Shown: positions 1 through 13,420, counted from the first letter of the stretch. The stretch is 64,000 bases of DNA from Vicugna vicugna (GCA_013265495.1 MU058844.1:2273520-2337519), one strand, 5' to 3'. Notes: generated by a model not told the origin, from the letters alone. Numbers and translations: made by a program.

Positions 1-501
1 AGCACAATTGCTTTATGACTGATGAATGCAAGCGTACATTCTGACTTTATAATTGTTGCCAACTTTGAAGAATTTTGGTACTTGTCTTCATTGTGTTTCA
101 ATCACTTGAAAATCTGTTTTTAATGCACTTGTATTTTAATGCTAATCTATTTATAACTACTAGAAAATACAACAATATGCCATCACTGAGAAAAATGTTT
201 TAAATACTAAAATTCAAACTATGTTTATGAAGAATATAGGGAAAAGAGCAGTTATTTTAAATACAGTGTGCCAACTTCCTTGCTAAATTTACACTTTCTT
301 ATAAGTGCACAAATATGAATAGTATTTTGAGAAAATAATCCAATTTTATAAAGTTGTTAGAAATAATTGTTTCATTAACTGTCCATTGTTAATTAAATTC
401 ATACTTGTATTTGCTGGTATGTGGGAAAATTTATATTTATATTTTTATGTGAGCAAACATATTCAAGAATATTTAACTACTTCCCTCATTTTTTCTTCCA
501 G

Positions 502-704
502 ATGATCTAAGAAGGATTGATTTGACATCCAATGTGATATCTGAGATTGATGAAGATGCGTTCAGAAAGCTGCCTCAACTCCGGGAGCTTGTCCTCCGTG
601 ACAACAAAATCAGGCAGCTCCCAGAACTGCCGACCACTTTGACATTTATTGATATTAGCAACAATAGACTTGGAAGGAAAGGAATAAAACAGGAAGCATT
701 TAAA
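502..704 (+). CDS. EPYC: Epiphycan (class III small leucine-rich proteoglycan), third-last coding exon
   Basis: Acceptor tttttcttccAG ends at 501 and donor AAA|GTGAGC starts at 705. Translates to (x)DLRRIDLTSNVISEIDEDAFRKLPQLRELVLRDNKIRQLPELPTTLTFIDISNNRLGRKGIKQEAFK, LRR repeats recognised as epiphycan. Confidence 0.96.
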
Positions 705-1389
705 GTGAGCCCTAAGTTTGAATATGAAAGACTTTCATCTTCATTCCCTTTGCTATCAATGACTAGCCATTTTATTTCCACAACAAGATTCAATTTGATG
801 AGACTTTTAACTCTTAAATAAACTTTACAACACTATGTATCATGCTTTGGGAAATTACTGTGTTCTGGTACCTTCTGAGGCTGCTCAGGGACCAAGAACA
901 GAAAGCAGAGCTGGAATAAGAAGTGGGTGTCCACCTGGGGCACCAGTCTATAAGCTGCACCTGGAAATGGTGTAAGCTCGATCACTCATATTTACCAAAA
1001 CTCCACTTAATGGGAGTATTTTATGTGGTTAGAAAGACAGCTGCTTGTAGAGTATGGGTGGTGCCTTGAGGATAGAAACCTTCTGAATTTGTAAGAAGGG
1101 CAGTAACAGTTAACCTTATGAATTTTGTTATCTAAGAGAAGGAAGCAAGTCTGGGGCTCGAGTGACTTGCTTGGAATAACAGCATAGAGTCTGAGAACAG
1201 TAACCAGTTCAGCTTTCTTATTCACTCTTACTCCATTCAAGCTGCTCCTCCAAATATATGTTTAACAGCCAAATTTAGCATACTGTTTGAGGGACATCCT
1301 GTTACTCCCATGGAGGCGATAGGGGTGGTGTGGACCTGTTAGCACCGGGCAATGGTGGAAAGCTTGTCTCTCCACTAGCCCTCCTGTGA

Positions 1390-1403
1390 CTGCCCCCTGG
1401 TGG
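1390..1403 (-). promoter_or_regulatory. CTCF motif (EPYC intron)
   Basis: Reverse complement reads CCACCAGGGGGCAG, matching the CTCF core CCASYAGRKGGCRS. Confidence 0.5.
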
Positions 1404-1994
1404 GCAAGGAAGTTAGCGCCCCTCATTAGAGCCTGACAAAAGTCCTAATCTAGTCTCCCCGCTCAGATTTTGTTGGCGTGGGTGGTAGTGAGTCAGTTTG
1501 TCCTGTGGTGTTTGGCTAGAGTTGCCTGTTATTGTCTAAATTTATTCTGTCTTGCTAGGCTGCCCTTTCCCTAGGACTTGGGCTAGAGAGAGCAAGGTTT
1601 TGTTGGGGAGGAATTCTCATTTCTCCATTCCTATAACACGAGGGCAGTTCTTGCTGTGTCTCATCAAAATCTTCAAAATCTTATTTCAGAATGTCTTACG
1701 TGGGAAGTCACTACTTTGCTTAAATTGAGGAAGTTTGAGTGGGCAAAGCAAGGTTCTTCCTGGAGATTGAGAAACATATTTCATTTGCATCGAGAAATAT
1801 TTGCTTGCTATTAATTCCTTCAAAACTCATTTGAATTGTCTAGTAACACAGAAAACTAAATTTGCCTCAATTTTACAAAACAAGACCTGAACAGGCATGT
1901 TTTATTTTACAAATAGTTGCATGGACAGGGAATGAAAATTACAACTGTGGCACCATTAATTTCTTTTAAGTCCTTATATTTGGAATATTTACAG

Positions 1995-2090
1995 GATATG
2001 TACGATCTCCATCATCTCTACCTCACCGATAACAACTTGGACCACATCCCTCTGCCACTCCCAGAAAATCTGCGGGCCCTTCATCTCCAG
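1995..2090 (+). CDS. EPYC: Epiphycan, second-last coding exon (96 bp, phase 0/0)
   Basis: Acceptor tttacAG ends at 1994 and donor CAG|GTAGGC starts at 2091. Translates to DMYDLHHLYLTDNNLDHIPLPLPENLRALHLQ, in frame with the previous exon. Confidence 0.96.
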
Positions 2091-3825
2091 GTAGGCTTCT
2101 ACTAGTAAGTTATGCCCAACACCTCTATGGGAAACAGAAGCAAACAGGAGGGAGGCAGGATGCAAAAACTGTTTATAATGGCATGTTGACATGCTGTGAC
2201 AGTTTTTCTTTTATTTCTCCTCTCTCATGCATTCTCTCTCTCAAGCTGAGTACAAGGTATTTGTACATTCATGACTCTATTTATACTGATTTATTTCTGA
2301 TAACTTTAGTCTTTATTTTCATTCTTTGCTAAGTCATAATGCATCTTTTTGGCACACAAAGCTTCTTAAAAAACAAAAAAACAGAGCTTCATCTGCTGAA
2401 GAAACATGTAAAGATTAGAAATGGAAGAGAAAAAGCGGGAAAGAAAAATCTAATATGATTTCTAGCTTTCAGGGGAAAAATATCAGTTTTAACTCTTGAT
2501 TTTATATACTGAATTAAATTCAATCCTAGGGCATTCCTATCTGCTGAGAAATGACAGGCTTCCATCTCTCTGGATTAAGCAAATGCAGATTTTTCTAAAC
2601 CAACATATTTGAAAATCTGTGTTAAATCCCATTAAGCTACATTTTATCCTTGAAGTAATGAGTGAAAACACATTTTCAAAATGTTATGACCTAATATTTT
2701 CTAAATATATTTCATTTAAGTATCTTAAAAATATGATCAATTAAAACAAACATTTTTGGTTGTTGAAACAAAGAAAGATCAATTATTTCTTTTTTCAGAT
2801 GTAAGTTTTGAGCTAGAGCCATAACCAAGTTTCTGTAATAATTTCATCTGTTCTATGGAACAAATCTGTGGAGAATATGTCCGTCATGTGCTCAAAGACA
2901 CAACATCGTAGTGTAATATTACAATCTTTTAGCAGAAAAAGTACAAACCATCACAAGAAGTGATTCTGCTATGCAAGAGCAAGTCTCTGATTCCTGTGAT
3001 TTTCTCTGTGGATTCTGTAAATATCTACCTCTGTGTCTTTTTTTTTTTTCCATGCTTCTTTTTGGTGTCTTTTTGTGTATATTTGTCCTTTAGTGTTGAA
3101 TACCTGTCTCTTTGAGAGTTTTCTGCCTGTGTTAACTTCCTTAATATGTATATCCTTTCTAGTCCTCATCCTATTTCTGGATGGCTCTCTCTTGTTCTCT
3201 TTTTCTGGGGGTGAATTTCTATGTATATGTTTCTTGCCTTGTTTAGGATTGGAAGGAGGATTTTCAAGGGAATCCTCAAGGAAATTTTGGAATGTGTTTT
3301 CCAATTCTGAGTTACATTTTAGTACTGTGACGATACTGACTCCATAGAGTAACCAGGTCTCTGATACATTTAAACATAATCTGCTCATATATACAAAGAA
3401 GTTTTTTTAAGTAATTGGCTTTATATTCCCTATTCTAAGGTTTAAAAAGTGCACCCTTTAAAATATTTCTCTTTTACAGTCACCTCACTTATATCCAGCA
3501 GAAAGCTTTTCTTAATTTACAGTCTTCATTTTATATTTATTTTTAATGGTCATATAAACACGTCCTTTTTTGATTCATTTGAAAAATGTTTTCCAACATA
3601 AGTATAATAATTAAGAATGACAGCCCTAGCAAACACAGATTCCATCAGCTTAAATTCTATTTGACACTATTTAAAAATTGGACAAGTATCTAAACCTCCC
3701 TGCATCTCAGTTTTAGTTTATAAAGTAGATATTATAGCTACTGATACATGGTAAGTACTTAAAGGTGAAGTGCAATTATTATTAAAAATATGTACCTATT
3801 ACCTATCAAAGGGAATAGTACAATG

Positions 3826-3957
3826 CATAGTCACTAAGTCTATTATTCCTCATGGACACTTTGTAATAATAGAGTCAATCCACTTTGTAATAATAGAGTC
3901 AATCCATAGTTACTAAGTCTATTATTCCTCATGGACACTTTGTAATAATAGAGTCAT
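3826..3957. repeat. Nested local tandem duplication (X-Y-Y-X-Y)
   Basis: catagt(c/t)actaagtctattattcctcatgga occurs at 3826 and 3905. cactttgtaataatagagtca occurs at 3857, 3881 and 3936. Confidence 0.9.
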
Positions 3958-6052
3958 TACATCTGGAAGATGTAATGCTTATAATCTTATATCCACCTAA
4001 CAACAGAGCCTCAAAATTTATGAAGAATACACTGTCAGAATTGAAGGGAGAAACAGACAATTTGACAGTAATAGTTGTATTTCTCAATACTCTCCTTTTA
4101 GTAACGGATAGAACAACTAGTCATAAGATCAACTAGGAAACAGAAGACTTGAACAACGCTATACACAAACTACACCTAACAGTCATCTACAGAACATTCA
4201 ACCCAACAACAGCAAAATATGCATCCTTCTCAAGTGTACAAGGAACATCTCCAGGATATATGATATACTGAGCCACAAAACAGGCCTCAACAAATTGAAA
4301 AGAATTGAATTCATACAAAATATTTTTCTGATTACAATGAAATGAAAATAGAAATCAACAACAAAGAAAATGAGAAATTCACAAATACGTGGATATTAGA
4401 CAACACTTTACTTAATAAGCAATGGGTCAGAGTAGAACTCTAATAAATTAGTTCAGCAATATAACAGGTTAATCAACATATAAATATTAATTGTATATGT
4501 ATACACTAGAAATTAAAAACCTGCAAATAAAATTCAGAAAACAATCTTATATATAATAGTCACAAAACTTAAAAACTTTCTAAGAATAATATTAACAAAA
4601 GAAGTATAAAATTTGTATACTGAAAACCACAACATAGTGTGGAAAGACTTCTGTACAGCAAAGGAAATAATCACCAGAGAGAAGAGATAACCTATGGAAT
4701 GGGAGAACATTTTTGCAAATCATACACTTGATAAGGGGTTGATATCCAAAATATACAGAACTCAAACAACTCAATAGGAAAAAACAAATAACCTAATTAA
4801 AATATTGGCAATGAAGCTGAATAGACATTTCTCAAAAAAAGACATACAAATGGCCAACAAGTATGTGAAAAGGAGCTCAGTACAACTAATTATCAGGGAA
4901 ATACAAGTCAAAACAACACTGAGATGTCACTATACATGTTAAAATGCTTATTATCAAAAAGCCCAAAGATAAGTGTTGGCAAAGATGTGGAGAAAAGGGA
5001 ACCTTTGTACACTCTTGGTGGAAATGTAAGGTGGTGCAGTTATGGAAAACAGTATGCAGGTTCTTCAAAAAAATTAAAAACAGAAATACCATGTGATCCA
5101 GCAGCTTCACTTTTGGGTATATGTCCAAGGGAAATGAAACAAGTATCTTGAAGTTATCTGCATTCCCATGTTCATGGTAGCATTATTCACAACAGTCAAG
5201 ATATGGAAACAACCTAAGTATCTGTCAATGGATGAATGGATAAAGAAGTTGTTGTGTATATATATACCACAGAATATTATTAAGACTATACACTAGCAAT
5301 GAACTAAATCACAATGGGATACCACTTCACACCCCCTTGGATGGCTAAAATAAGACAGACAGAAAATTACAAGTGTTGCTTAGGATACAGAGAAAATTAG
5401 AGCCCTCGTAGATTGTTGGCAGAAGTGTTAAATGGCCCAGTTATTTGGGAAAACAGTTTGATACTTTCTCAGAATGTTAAACATGGAGTTACCATATGAC
5501 CCAGCAGTTCAACTCCTAGGTATATATGCAAGAGAACTGGAAACATTATGTCCACACAAAATTTGTTCACAGATGTTCACAGAAGCATTATTCATGAGAG
5601 CCAAAAAGTGGAAGCAATCCAAATTTCCGTTATCTGATGAATGGATAAACAAAAATGTGGTAGATCCATGGAATGGAATATTATTGAGTGATAAAGGAAA
5701 AAAAGAATACATGCTATAACATGTATGAACCTTGAAAATGCAATTCTACAGGGAAGAACCCAGTCACAAATGATGATAAATTGAATGATTCTCTTTGTGA
5801 AACGTCTAGAATAGGAAACTCCATAGAAACAGAAAATAGTTTAGAGGCTGTCAGGGGATAAGGTTGGGGAAAATGAGGAGTTATTGCTAATATTTATGGG
5901 GTTTCTTTGGGGGATGTTTAAAATGCTCTGAAATTAAACTACGATGATGTTTATACAAGTCTCTGAATATACTGAAGACCACTGAGCTATACATTTAAAA
6001 TCGGTGAATTTTATAGTATGTGAAATATATTCAATAAAGCTATTTTTAAAAA
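3855..6052 (+). mobile_element. Cluster of old L1 fragments (ORF2 endonuclease region, ORF2 3' parts and 3' UTR) in the last EPYC intron
   Basis: L1 hallmarks: cacctaacaacagagcctcaaaa, ggaatgggagaacatttttgcaaatcat, two separate ...ggaaaacagt...ccat(a/g)tga(c/t)ccagc... segments, and a terminal tcaataaagc followed by an A-rich tail. Confidence 0.85.
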
Positions 6053-6104
6053 TCTAGTTCTGGGCGCTCCCCAGAGCTGTATCTTCCTGATATCTGCATA
6101 CCCT

Positions 6105-6510
6105 CTCCCTCACTTCACTTCAGCCATGTTGACTTTTTTTCTTATTCTCGAACTTTCCATGCTAGTTACTTGGAATTTGAACTTGGTGTTCTGCCTGGGA
6201 TATTCTTACCTTGGCTCTTTCCAGGCCCATGCCCCCTTGTCATTCCATTCTCAGCTCCATTGCTATCGCTTACGATAACTTCACAGTCACCATCCTTTCT
6301 ACTTAGTTCACATTGCTTTTGGACATGACTTGTTTCCTTTACATTTGTTTTTCACCTCCTTATCTTATATTCCCATTACTGAAGTACAAGCTCCGTAAGG
6401 GCAAGCACATGTCTCTTATGCTAACTGATTTACCCCCATTGCTTAGAAAGTGCTTGATGCATAATAATCACCTGTGTGTTTTTCGAGGAGAGAAGGAATG
6501 AACGAATAAA
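6105..6510 (+). mobile_element. L2 3' remnant
   Basis: Degenerate L2-type 3' end: aagctcc...agggcaag...gtgcttgatgcata...gaatgaacgaataaa. Confidence 0.5.
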
Positions 6511-6599
6511 AACAGAGGTGAAGCAAAATGGACTATATTATTAATTGATACTGAGAATGTTTTATCTTGTCTAATCATTTCCTTTAATCTTTTTTTTAG

Positions 6600-6770
6600 A
6601 ATAACAACATTCTGGAGATGCACGAAGATACCTTTTGCAATGTTAAAAATTTGACATATATTCGTAAGGCACTTGAGGATATTCGACTGGATGGGAACCC
6701 TATCAATCTCAGCAAAACTCCTCAAGCTTATATGTGCCTACCTCGTTTGCCTGTTGGGAGTCTGGTCTAA
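6600..6770 (+). CDS. EPYC: Epiphycan, last coding exon to stop codon
   Basis: Polypyrimidine tract and AG end at 6599. Translates to NNNILEMHEDTFCNVKNLTYIRKALEDIRLDGNPINLSKTPQAYMCLPRLPVGSLV-TAA, with the SLRP C-terminal cysteine pair and NLT/NLS sequons. Confidence 0.96.
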   Translation, partial: NNNILEMHEDTFCNVKNLTYIRKALEDIRLDGNPINLSKTPQAYMCLPRLPVGSLV

Positions 6771-6951
6771 TTTCAGATAGCAGTTAGAGTTATGATGCCT
6801 ACTATAGAAAAACAGTTCTCTCTTAAAAAGAAAACTCAGCATGGTATTTTCAAATTGTACACTGAAAGGTGACATAATTACATAAAATGCAGCTATAAGT
6901 TTTAATATATGATAGCAATTTACTAATCTAAGAAACACCAAAAGAATCAGG

Positions 6952-7211
6952 AATAAACCAAAAGATCTATAAAAAGAGCAAAACTAAAAGACAGAAAATA
7001 TTTCACAGATATTCTTGTAAATCACTTGTATTTGCAAATTTTAGGAATTCATATCCTATATAATTTTAAATTAATCATCTAATAAAAATTTAAAATTAAC
7101 ACTTTAGATGTATTGCCAAGATTTAGATGTTTTTAATTAAACTTTTCTATTCTTTTTTTTCACTAAAGCATGTTTCTGTTTTCAAATTCATTAAAGAGAA
7201 TGAAAAATAAA
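6952..7211 (+). terminator. EPYC: Candidate EPYC polyadenylation signals
   Basis: AATAAA at 6952-6957, 7081-7086 and 7206-7211, downstream of the stop codon. Which one is used cannot be determined from sequence. Confidence 0.5.
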
Positions 7212-8160
7212 AATATAGAAAATTAAATGGCCTTGTGGGAAAATATTTTTTATAATCACAACATGTAAATAATCATGATAATAATACACACAGCTTCAGT
7301 TTTTGAGTGATAATATTTTATTATCTTAAAGACCTGCCAATTCTTTCTAGACCTTTTCTAAACTAACTAGTTACTTGGCATATTTCTGTGCCTGTGAAAA
7401 AAAATTAAATATAGATAATGATATGAAAATCACAGTAGGGAGGAAGTTAAGGAATACCTTCTAGAGAAAGTTGATCTTCCTGAAATATACAATAATACAG
7501 GCACATGGCTAAAAACTGAAAGATAACAAAAGAGTATAAAATGAAAGGTTTCCTTCCAGCAGCAAACCCTAAGTTCCACTCCTTAGATAGTCAATGGTTT
7601 CTTGCATACTTTTACCAAGTTTTCCATGAGAAATAAAAACTTGCACATAAATAACTTCCCTTCTTTTACACAAATACATAATGGGTATGTGCTGCAAGTA
7701 TATACATATCATCATTATGTATGTATCAGTACACGTAAACATAAATTTTTTTAAGTACAAAAGATAGTCAGTATTCTGAACCTTGCCTGTTTCACTTAAA
7801 AATATTTCTTGGTGATTTTTCCCATGTCAGCACATATAGCTCTACTTACTCTGAAAACCACATATCAGTCCATGACATGCATGCACATTGTTACAATAGG
7901 AACCAATTCTTGGACATGATACATACCAGGCATCTACTGAGGTGTTCTTCCTGTATTAATTCACAACATCCTAGGAGCTGGGGATAGTAATGACTATAGA
8001 AGTCACAGATCAGAGAGACAGCTTAAATAACTTGCCCCAGGTTAAGGGCTGACTCCAAAGATCTATCCTATTCCACATTGTCCTGCCTCAAATACCACGG
8101 GCATGCCTTTTCCCTGTTTTGTAATACAAGAAAATGATGTACAGACTAGACACAGAAACC

Positions 8161-8572
8161 ATTATGAACTGAATGTTTGTGTCCCTTCAAAATTCATATG
8201 TTGAAGCCCTAACCCCCACTGGGATGTGTTCGGAGATGGACCCTTTGAGAGTTCAATTAGGGTTAGATGAGGTCATAAGGTGGGGCCCTCATGATGGGAT
8301 TAGTGGCCTTATAAGAAGAGGAAGAAAAAGAGATTACTCTGTGTATGTGTGCATGTGTGCATGAATGTGTGTGTGCACACCTCACACACACTAAAGAAAG
8401 ACCATGTGAGGATATGAAGAGAAATCAACCATCTACAAGCCAGGAAGAGAGCTCCCACCAGAAGCCAAAACAGGTGAGACCTTGACCTTGGACTTCCTAG
8501 TGTCCAAAACTTCTATTGTTTGAGTCACCGAGTCTACAATACTTTGTTATGGTAGCCCAAGCAGACTAATAA
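8161..8572 (+). mobile_element. MaLR solo LTR, MLT1A-like
   Basis: Starts tatgaactgaatgtttgtgtcccttcaaaattcatatgttgaagccctaaccccc and ends ttgttatggtagcccaagcagactaata, the typical MLT1A/A0 termini. Confidence 0.8.
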
Positions 8573-9131
8573 AGATGTCAAGCTCAGTGTTACTTTTTCA
8601 GATGTCACAGTGACTTCCAAATGGTCAAAGGCCTTTGAGACACATCTGAGGAACCATTTCTGGGGTCTAGAATAGTCATCTAGATACCCTGGCTCCAGAA
8701 GATTAGTAGAAAGATGGATTAAGATGCTTAGGACCATGAAGGTAAAGAAGACACCCAGTGGGCAGAGCTGACTTACTCATGAGGCACAAAAGGTACAGTG
8801 CCTGGGAACAGTGATAATTTTAGGAATTCTGCATATATTTTTATTTCATTTCAATAAACAGAAAACATGTTGATAACAGTAATAGTTAAACATGCAGTAA
8901 AGAATTCGGCCTGGAATATACTTGTCTTTATAGCAACAAGATATAAACTATAATTTTAATTTTTTTGTGGAGGAAAGAGCCCATAAAGTCATAATACCCT
9001 GCCCACACATACTATCAATGATCTCAGATCTCCCTACAAATGGCACAGAATTTCTCTCTGTCCTCACCACCTTCTCAGTACACCATGATTACCAAATCAG
9101 GAGGGTTGGGAGCAGGAATTTGTAGCCAGAA

Positions 9132-9190
9132 AAGGAAGGAAGGAAGGAAGGAAGGAAGGAAGGAAGGAAGGAAGGAAGGAAGGAAGGAAG
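9132..9190. repeat. (GGAA)n microsatellite, about 14-15 units
   Basis: Uninterrupted AAGG run read directly. Confidence 0.97.
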
Positions 9191-10043
9191 ATAAAATACT
9201 GGCATGAAAAGGTATCATTATGCAAAAGTTATGGGGTCAGCTGACATTCCTGCAGGCATTATGACTACCTACTCAAAAGGCTGCTTTGCAAATGTAATTC
9301 ACCATAACTCTGGAAGGACAAAGTAAATTCTATAACCTGGAAAACATGATGATAACATTTTAGTATTTCTTTTATGTGTTTCCTATTTAAACAGTCATTT
9401 CCAAAACACCTCACATTCTTAATTGAAAGCTCAAATTCTAAAACTGACCCTTGATTAAACAGTCTTTTTTTAAATAACCTAACCTTTTTTCTTTATTTAT
9501 TTGCTACATACATTTACTTTTCTCTAAATATTACAGGTTATTTTCTAAGGGGGAGGACACTACATTTTATTGCTCCATATTATAGTGTACTTCAAAACTA
9601 TTCATAAGCAAACATTTCCATGTTAAAATTCCTAAATAATTATTACCAAATAATTATTTCAGATGACCTGACTACAATATGTTGTGTTAATCCTCTGAAA
9701 ACTCTGAGTTGCTATAGGGTTAATAATATTTTCAAAGTGCGATAACAAATAATACCTAGATAGAGTACTATGAGTGCAAAATTCACATCCTTACTTCTCT
9801 TTAAGTCTGTAGCAACATTGTCTTTGTAGTTAACTTTCCTTTCATAATTTGCTTAAATAATATGAGAATTCAAAACAGAAAATATTACAGTGGTATTCCA
9901 TGATGCACATTATGCCTCACTAATCTGTAAACTAACCCACAACTTCCCAAATTATGAAGAAAAGTAATCAATAATTTTGAATCCATTTATCTCACTTTGA
10001 AAAAAGTCAGAAAGGCTTCATACTCTGTACTTAGCCTCTGTAA

Positions 10044-10057
10044 CCACTAGATGGCGC
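10044..10057 (+). promoter_or_regulatory. CTCF motif, forward
   Basis: CCACTAGATGGCGC is an exact match to the CTCF core, with its CpG retained in otherwise AT-rich, CpG-depleted sequence. Confidence 0.7.
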
Positions 10058-10699
10058 CTACCTTCTTGGTTTTTAACTTACTTGGTGGAAAAGACAAGTT
10101 TTTGAGAATGCGTAAGATGAGTTTTATTTACATTACTTTTTGTAACCCATAGTAATGCACTGGTTACAAAGATGAATCTAAAATATTTGTGGTATTTCAT
10201 TTCTCTGACCAAATGTATCACGTATATCCAATTTTTCTCTAAAGAATTTTATTTACAAGTTTAATTAGCGGAGGTTTGTTTTTCAAAAGCCTATCGAAAA
10301 ATGCTAAAATGCTAAAATCAAACAATGTGCCCAATTCCACTACATCAGGGTAAAGAATAATACTGGCAACTTGGAGTGATTTAAGTAAGGTATTTGTGAT
10401 AAAATATTTTTTACAGTATCTAACTTCACAGTTTCTTTAGTATAAGGACTTCTATTACTGAATTTTGAATGAGTTACTACTGCCATCAAGTGTTAGAATT
10501 CATACTTTTCAAGTCATCCAAATGCACAAAAGCCAACACCAAGAATGCAATGTTTTCAACTTAACAATGTAAAGCTCTGGATAACACAAAGCACAACAAA
10601 ACCTATGTTGTCATATGACATTTATCAGAGTTTCAAAATGCAACAATATCATTGAAATCTCTCCAATAACGTTGAAACTAGTTAATATAAAGGACATAT

Positions 10700-11362
10700 T
10701 TTGCTGAATTTACTTGAAATATGTGACCCCCAACGATTTCCTGCCTCCTGGTGGTCATGCCTTTGTGTAATCCTCTCTCCTTGAGTGCTGGTAGAGACCT
10801 GGGCTTTGCTTCTAACCAATAGGACATGGCAAAGGTGATGGATGTCACAAAAATCAAGACCCATGATTATGACACACACACACGTGTGTGTGTGTGTGTG
10901 TGTGTGTATCTGTCTGCATTCACTGTGCTAGGAGGCACTAAGGAGATCCCCTTGGCTGGCTTGATGGATGAAGTGAGCCGCCATGTTGAGGAAGTCCACG
11001 GCAGGCATCTGTGGGCAGCCCCTAGGAACCTCTGTTATTCTCTAGAACTTGCAGGTTTGCCTTAAACCTGAAGGCTTCCTACAGCCCCCATTCAGCTAAA
11101 GGGTAAGGCCCTTAGTTACACAGCCACAAGGAAGCAGATTCTGCATATAACATGAATAATCTTGGGAACAGATTTCCCCTGAATTGAGCTCCAGGATGAG
11201 AACCCAGATGGCTTTGATCACAGCCTGGTGAGACCCTGAGCAGAGGACACAACTAAGTTGTTCCTATCCCCTGACACCTGGAAACTCAGATAACAAATGT
11301 ATGTTGTTTTAAGTATCTAAGTTTGTGGGAACTCTTTTATGTAGCAATAGAAAATGAATACA
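10700..11362 (+). mobile_element. MaLR solo LTR, MLT1E-like, with an internal (AC)6(GT)12 tract
   Basis: Contains tcctctctccttgagtg...gcttctaaccaatag...ggcaaaggtgatgg near the 5' end and ctaagtttgtgg...gcaatagaaaatgaataca at the 3' end. Confidence 0.75.
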
Positions 11363-12639
11363 ATATATAAAAACATGGCCTGTTGTATTTTAATGTTGAA
11401 TCAAAATACTTCATTTTGCAGCATTTAAAGATTATGGTCAATTTTGAAAGTCTTAAAAATTTCCTAACTGCATTTCTCATGGCTGTGTTTAACATGCTGT
11501 AGTGCTAATTTTCTTAGGTGATTTACCAGTACATGAACAATCTGTATCATAATGTCAATCCATGAAAAACTAAAAATCATAAATCGTTAATTTGCTGCTT
11601 CTCTTAAGAGGAAGAGTGTTGTTAGACAATCCTGCATTGTTTTTTAATAGAAAGAATGAATTTGAAAGATATATCGCTCACTGTGAAAAGGAATAAAGCC
11701 AGTATTATTTGTATGAAGTTTACATCAACTGATCAAAAAAATGAAGTCAATTATCCATGGGTTAATCTTTTGTTAAAGAAAGGAGAAATTGATGGAAATT
11801 CCACTACAGCAACATGGTCAATTTCTAAAGCTCTCAATTAAAACTGAATATCATATACCACATATGTTCTTAGAAAAATAAATCTGGAAAACCACCATTC
11901 CATTAAGTAGATCAGGGAGTGAGTAACCGCCAAACATGAGTCTACATCCAAAAAGGGACACCGAGGACTAAAAATGTCAGCCATTTTGCACTTTGCGTCA
12001 AGCAGGCTTGTCTCTTCAGCAAACCACAGAGCAAACGAAAGTGAACAAAGCCTGCGGAGTCTATAGGTCCCATGGCAAAGGTTGGAATGCTGATCCAAGA
12101 ACCCCCACACTGTTCTCAATTTTCAGCTAGGAAAGCATAAACCACCTTTGCAATCATCAGGGCTTCCCCACATTTTGCTCTGTCATTTAATGGAGGCTTA
12201 TACGGACTCAGGTTCCCAGTGGGCAGTGTTCAATTTTGCACAATTCCACTCACCACAGGATGGTAGTAAAGGGATATACTGACTGGTTTTCTGTAGGATC
12301 AAGGCTGGTAGCACTTTCTTGATGTTTCTCAGAAGTGGATCAGCAAAAGGACACAAGGACAGGATGTCTATTTTTGCATCAGGCACAGATAGGCTTAGTT
12401 ATCTTTACATATACTGTATCAACTTCTATAAAAGTCCTAAAGCACTGAATTATAATAATTATGATAGTTCACAGTTACTGAGTACTCACAGGGTACCTAT
12501 ACTATGTGTTTTAATCAATACCTTACTGAACCCCCAGCACAACTCTATGGGGCATGCACTATAACTACACGGATGGTATGTGTAAGGAACTAGGGGTTTT
12601 CCAGAGGTTAATAATTGGTAAGCTGAAACTCAAGGACCT

Positions 12640-12915
12640 TTTTTTAAAATAGATCTTGTTTTTCAGAGCAGTTTTAGATTTGTAGCAAAATTGAGCAGAC
12701 GGTACAAAGATTCCCTATATACTTTCTCCCCCTACTTATGTACAGCCTCCCTCATTATAAACATCCTTCACTAGGGTGGTATATTTAATTAAACCTTTGA
12801 CATATTATTATCACCAAAAGTCCACAGTTTACATTAGTGGGTCACCCTTTATGTTATACGTTCTATGGATCTGGATAAATGTATAACAACATGTATCCAC
12901 CATATAGTATCATCA
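12640..12915 (-). mobile_element. Old L1 (L1MC/MD-like) 3' UTR fragment
   Basis: T-run followed by agagcagttttagatttgtagcaaaattgagcagacggtacaaagattccctatat, an antisense L1M 3' end. Confidence 0.65.
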
Positions 12916-13199
12916 GGGTAGGCACTTGTCTGTTTAAACCATAATATTCTTAACCATATTACTTAACCATAATACTATAAAGGCCTCCAATGTCTCATGT
13001 TGTCTGGTTAACAAAAGGACTAAAGAAAAAACAACATATTGGTACCCTAGCATTCTTAGGAACAAATTCACTGTATACATTCTGGTAATGCTTTATCAAC
13101 AGACACTTGCACGATACATTATAATTCGTAAAGTGCTTGCCCATATAGATTTCTTGTACTTATCACCATAGTCCTATTTAAGGTGTTTGGACTGTGTAG

Positions 13200-13420
13200 A
13201 AGAATGATCTCCTTGAGAATTTGGACTCTGAGATCAAACAGGCATAGGTTTAAATACTAGTCCTGAAGTTCATGGGTTCCACGACCATGGGTAAATTAAC
13301 TACCCAGCTTCCTGAACTTTGCGATGTGGTAACAATGCCTACCTCACAGAGTAGGTGTGAGGATTACATGCCACGAGGCCATTAACACGCAATAAGCACA
13401 CGTAATAAATATTTGCTGTC
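13200..13420 (+). mobile_element. MIR remnant
   Basis: ttggactctgagatcaaacaggcataggtttaaat...cctacctcacagagtaggtgtgaggatta...taataaat resembles the MIR core. Confidence 0.55.

Noticed and set aside
705..821. Extension of the first EPYC ORF beyond 704
   Set aside because: Read-through into the intron past a strong GTGAGC donor. Similarity to epiphycan stops at AFK.
2969..3388. 139-aa minus-strand ORF and 104-aa plus-strand ORF in the EPYC intron
   Set aside because: Compositional artefacts of a T/C-rich low-complexity tract.
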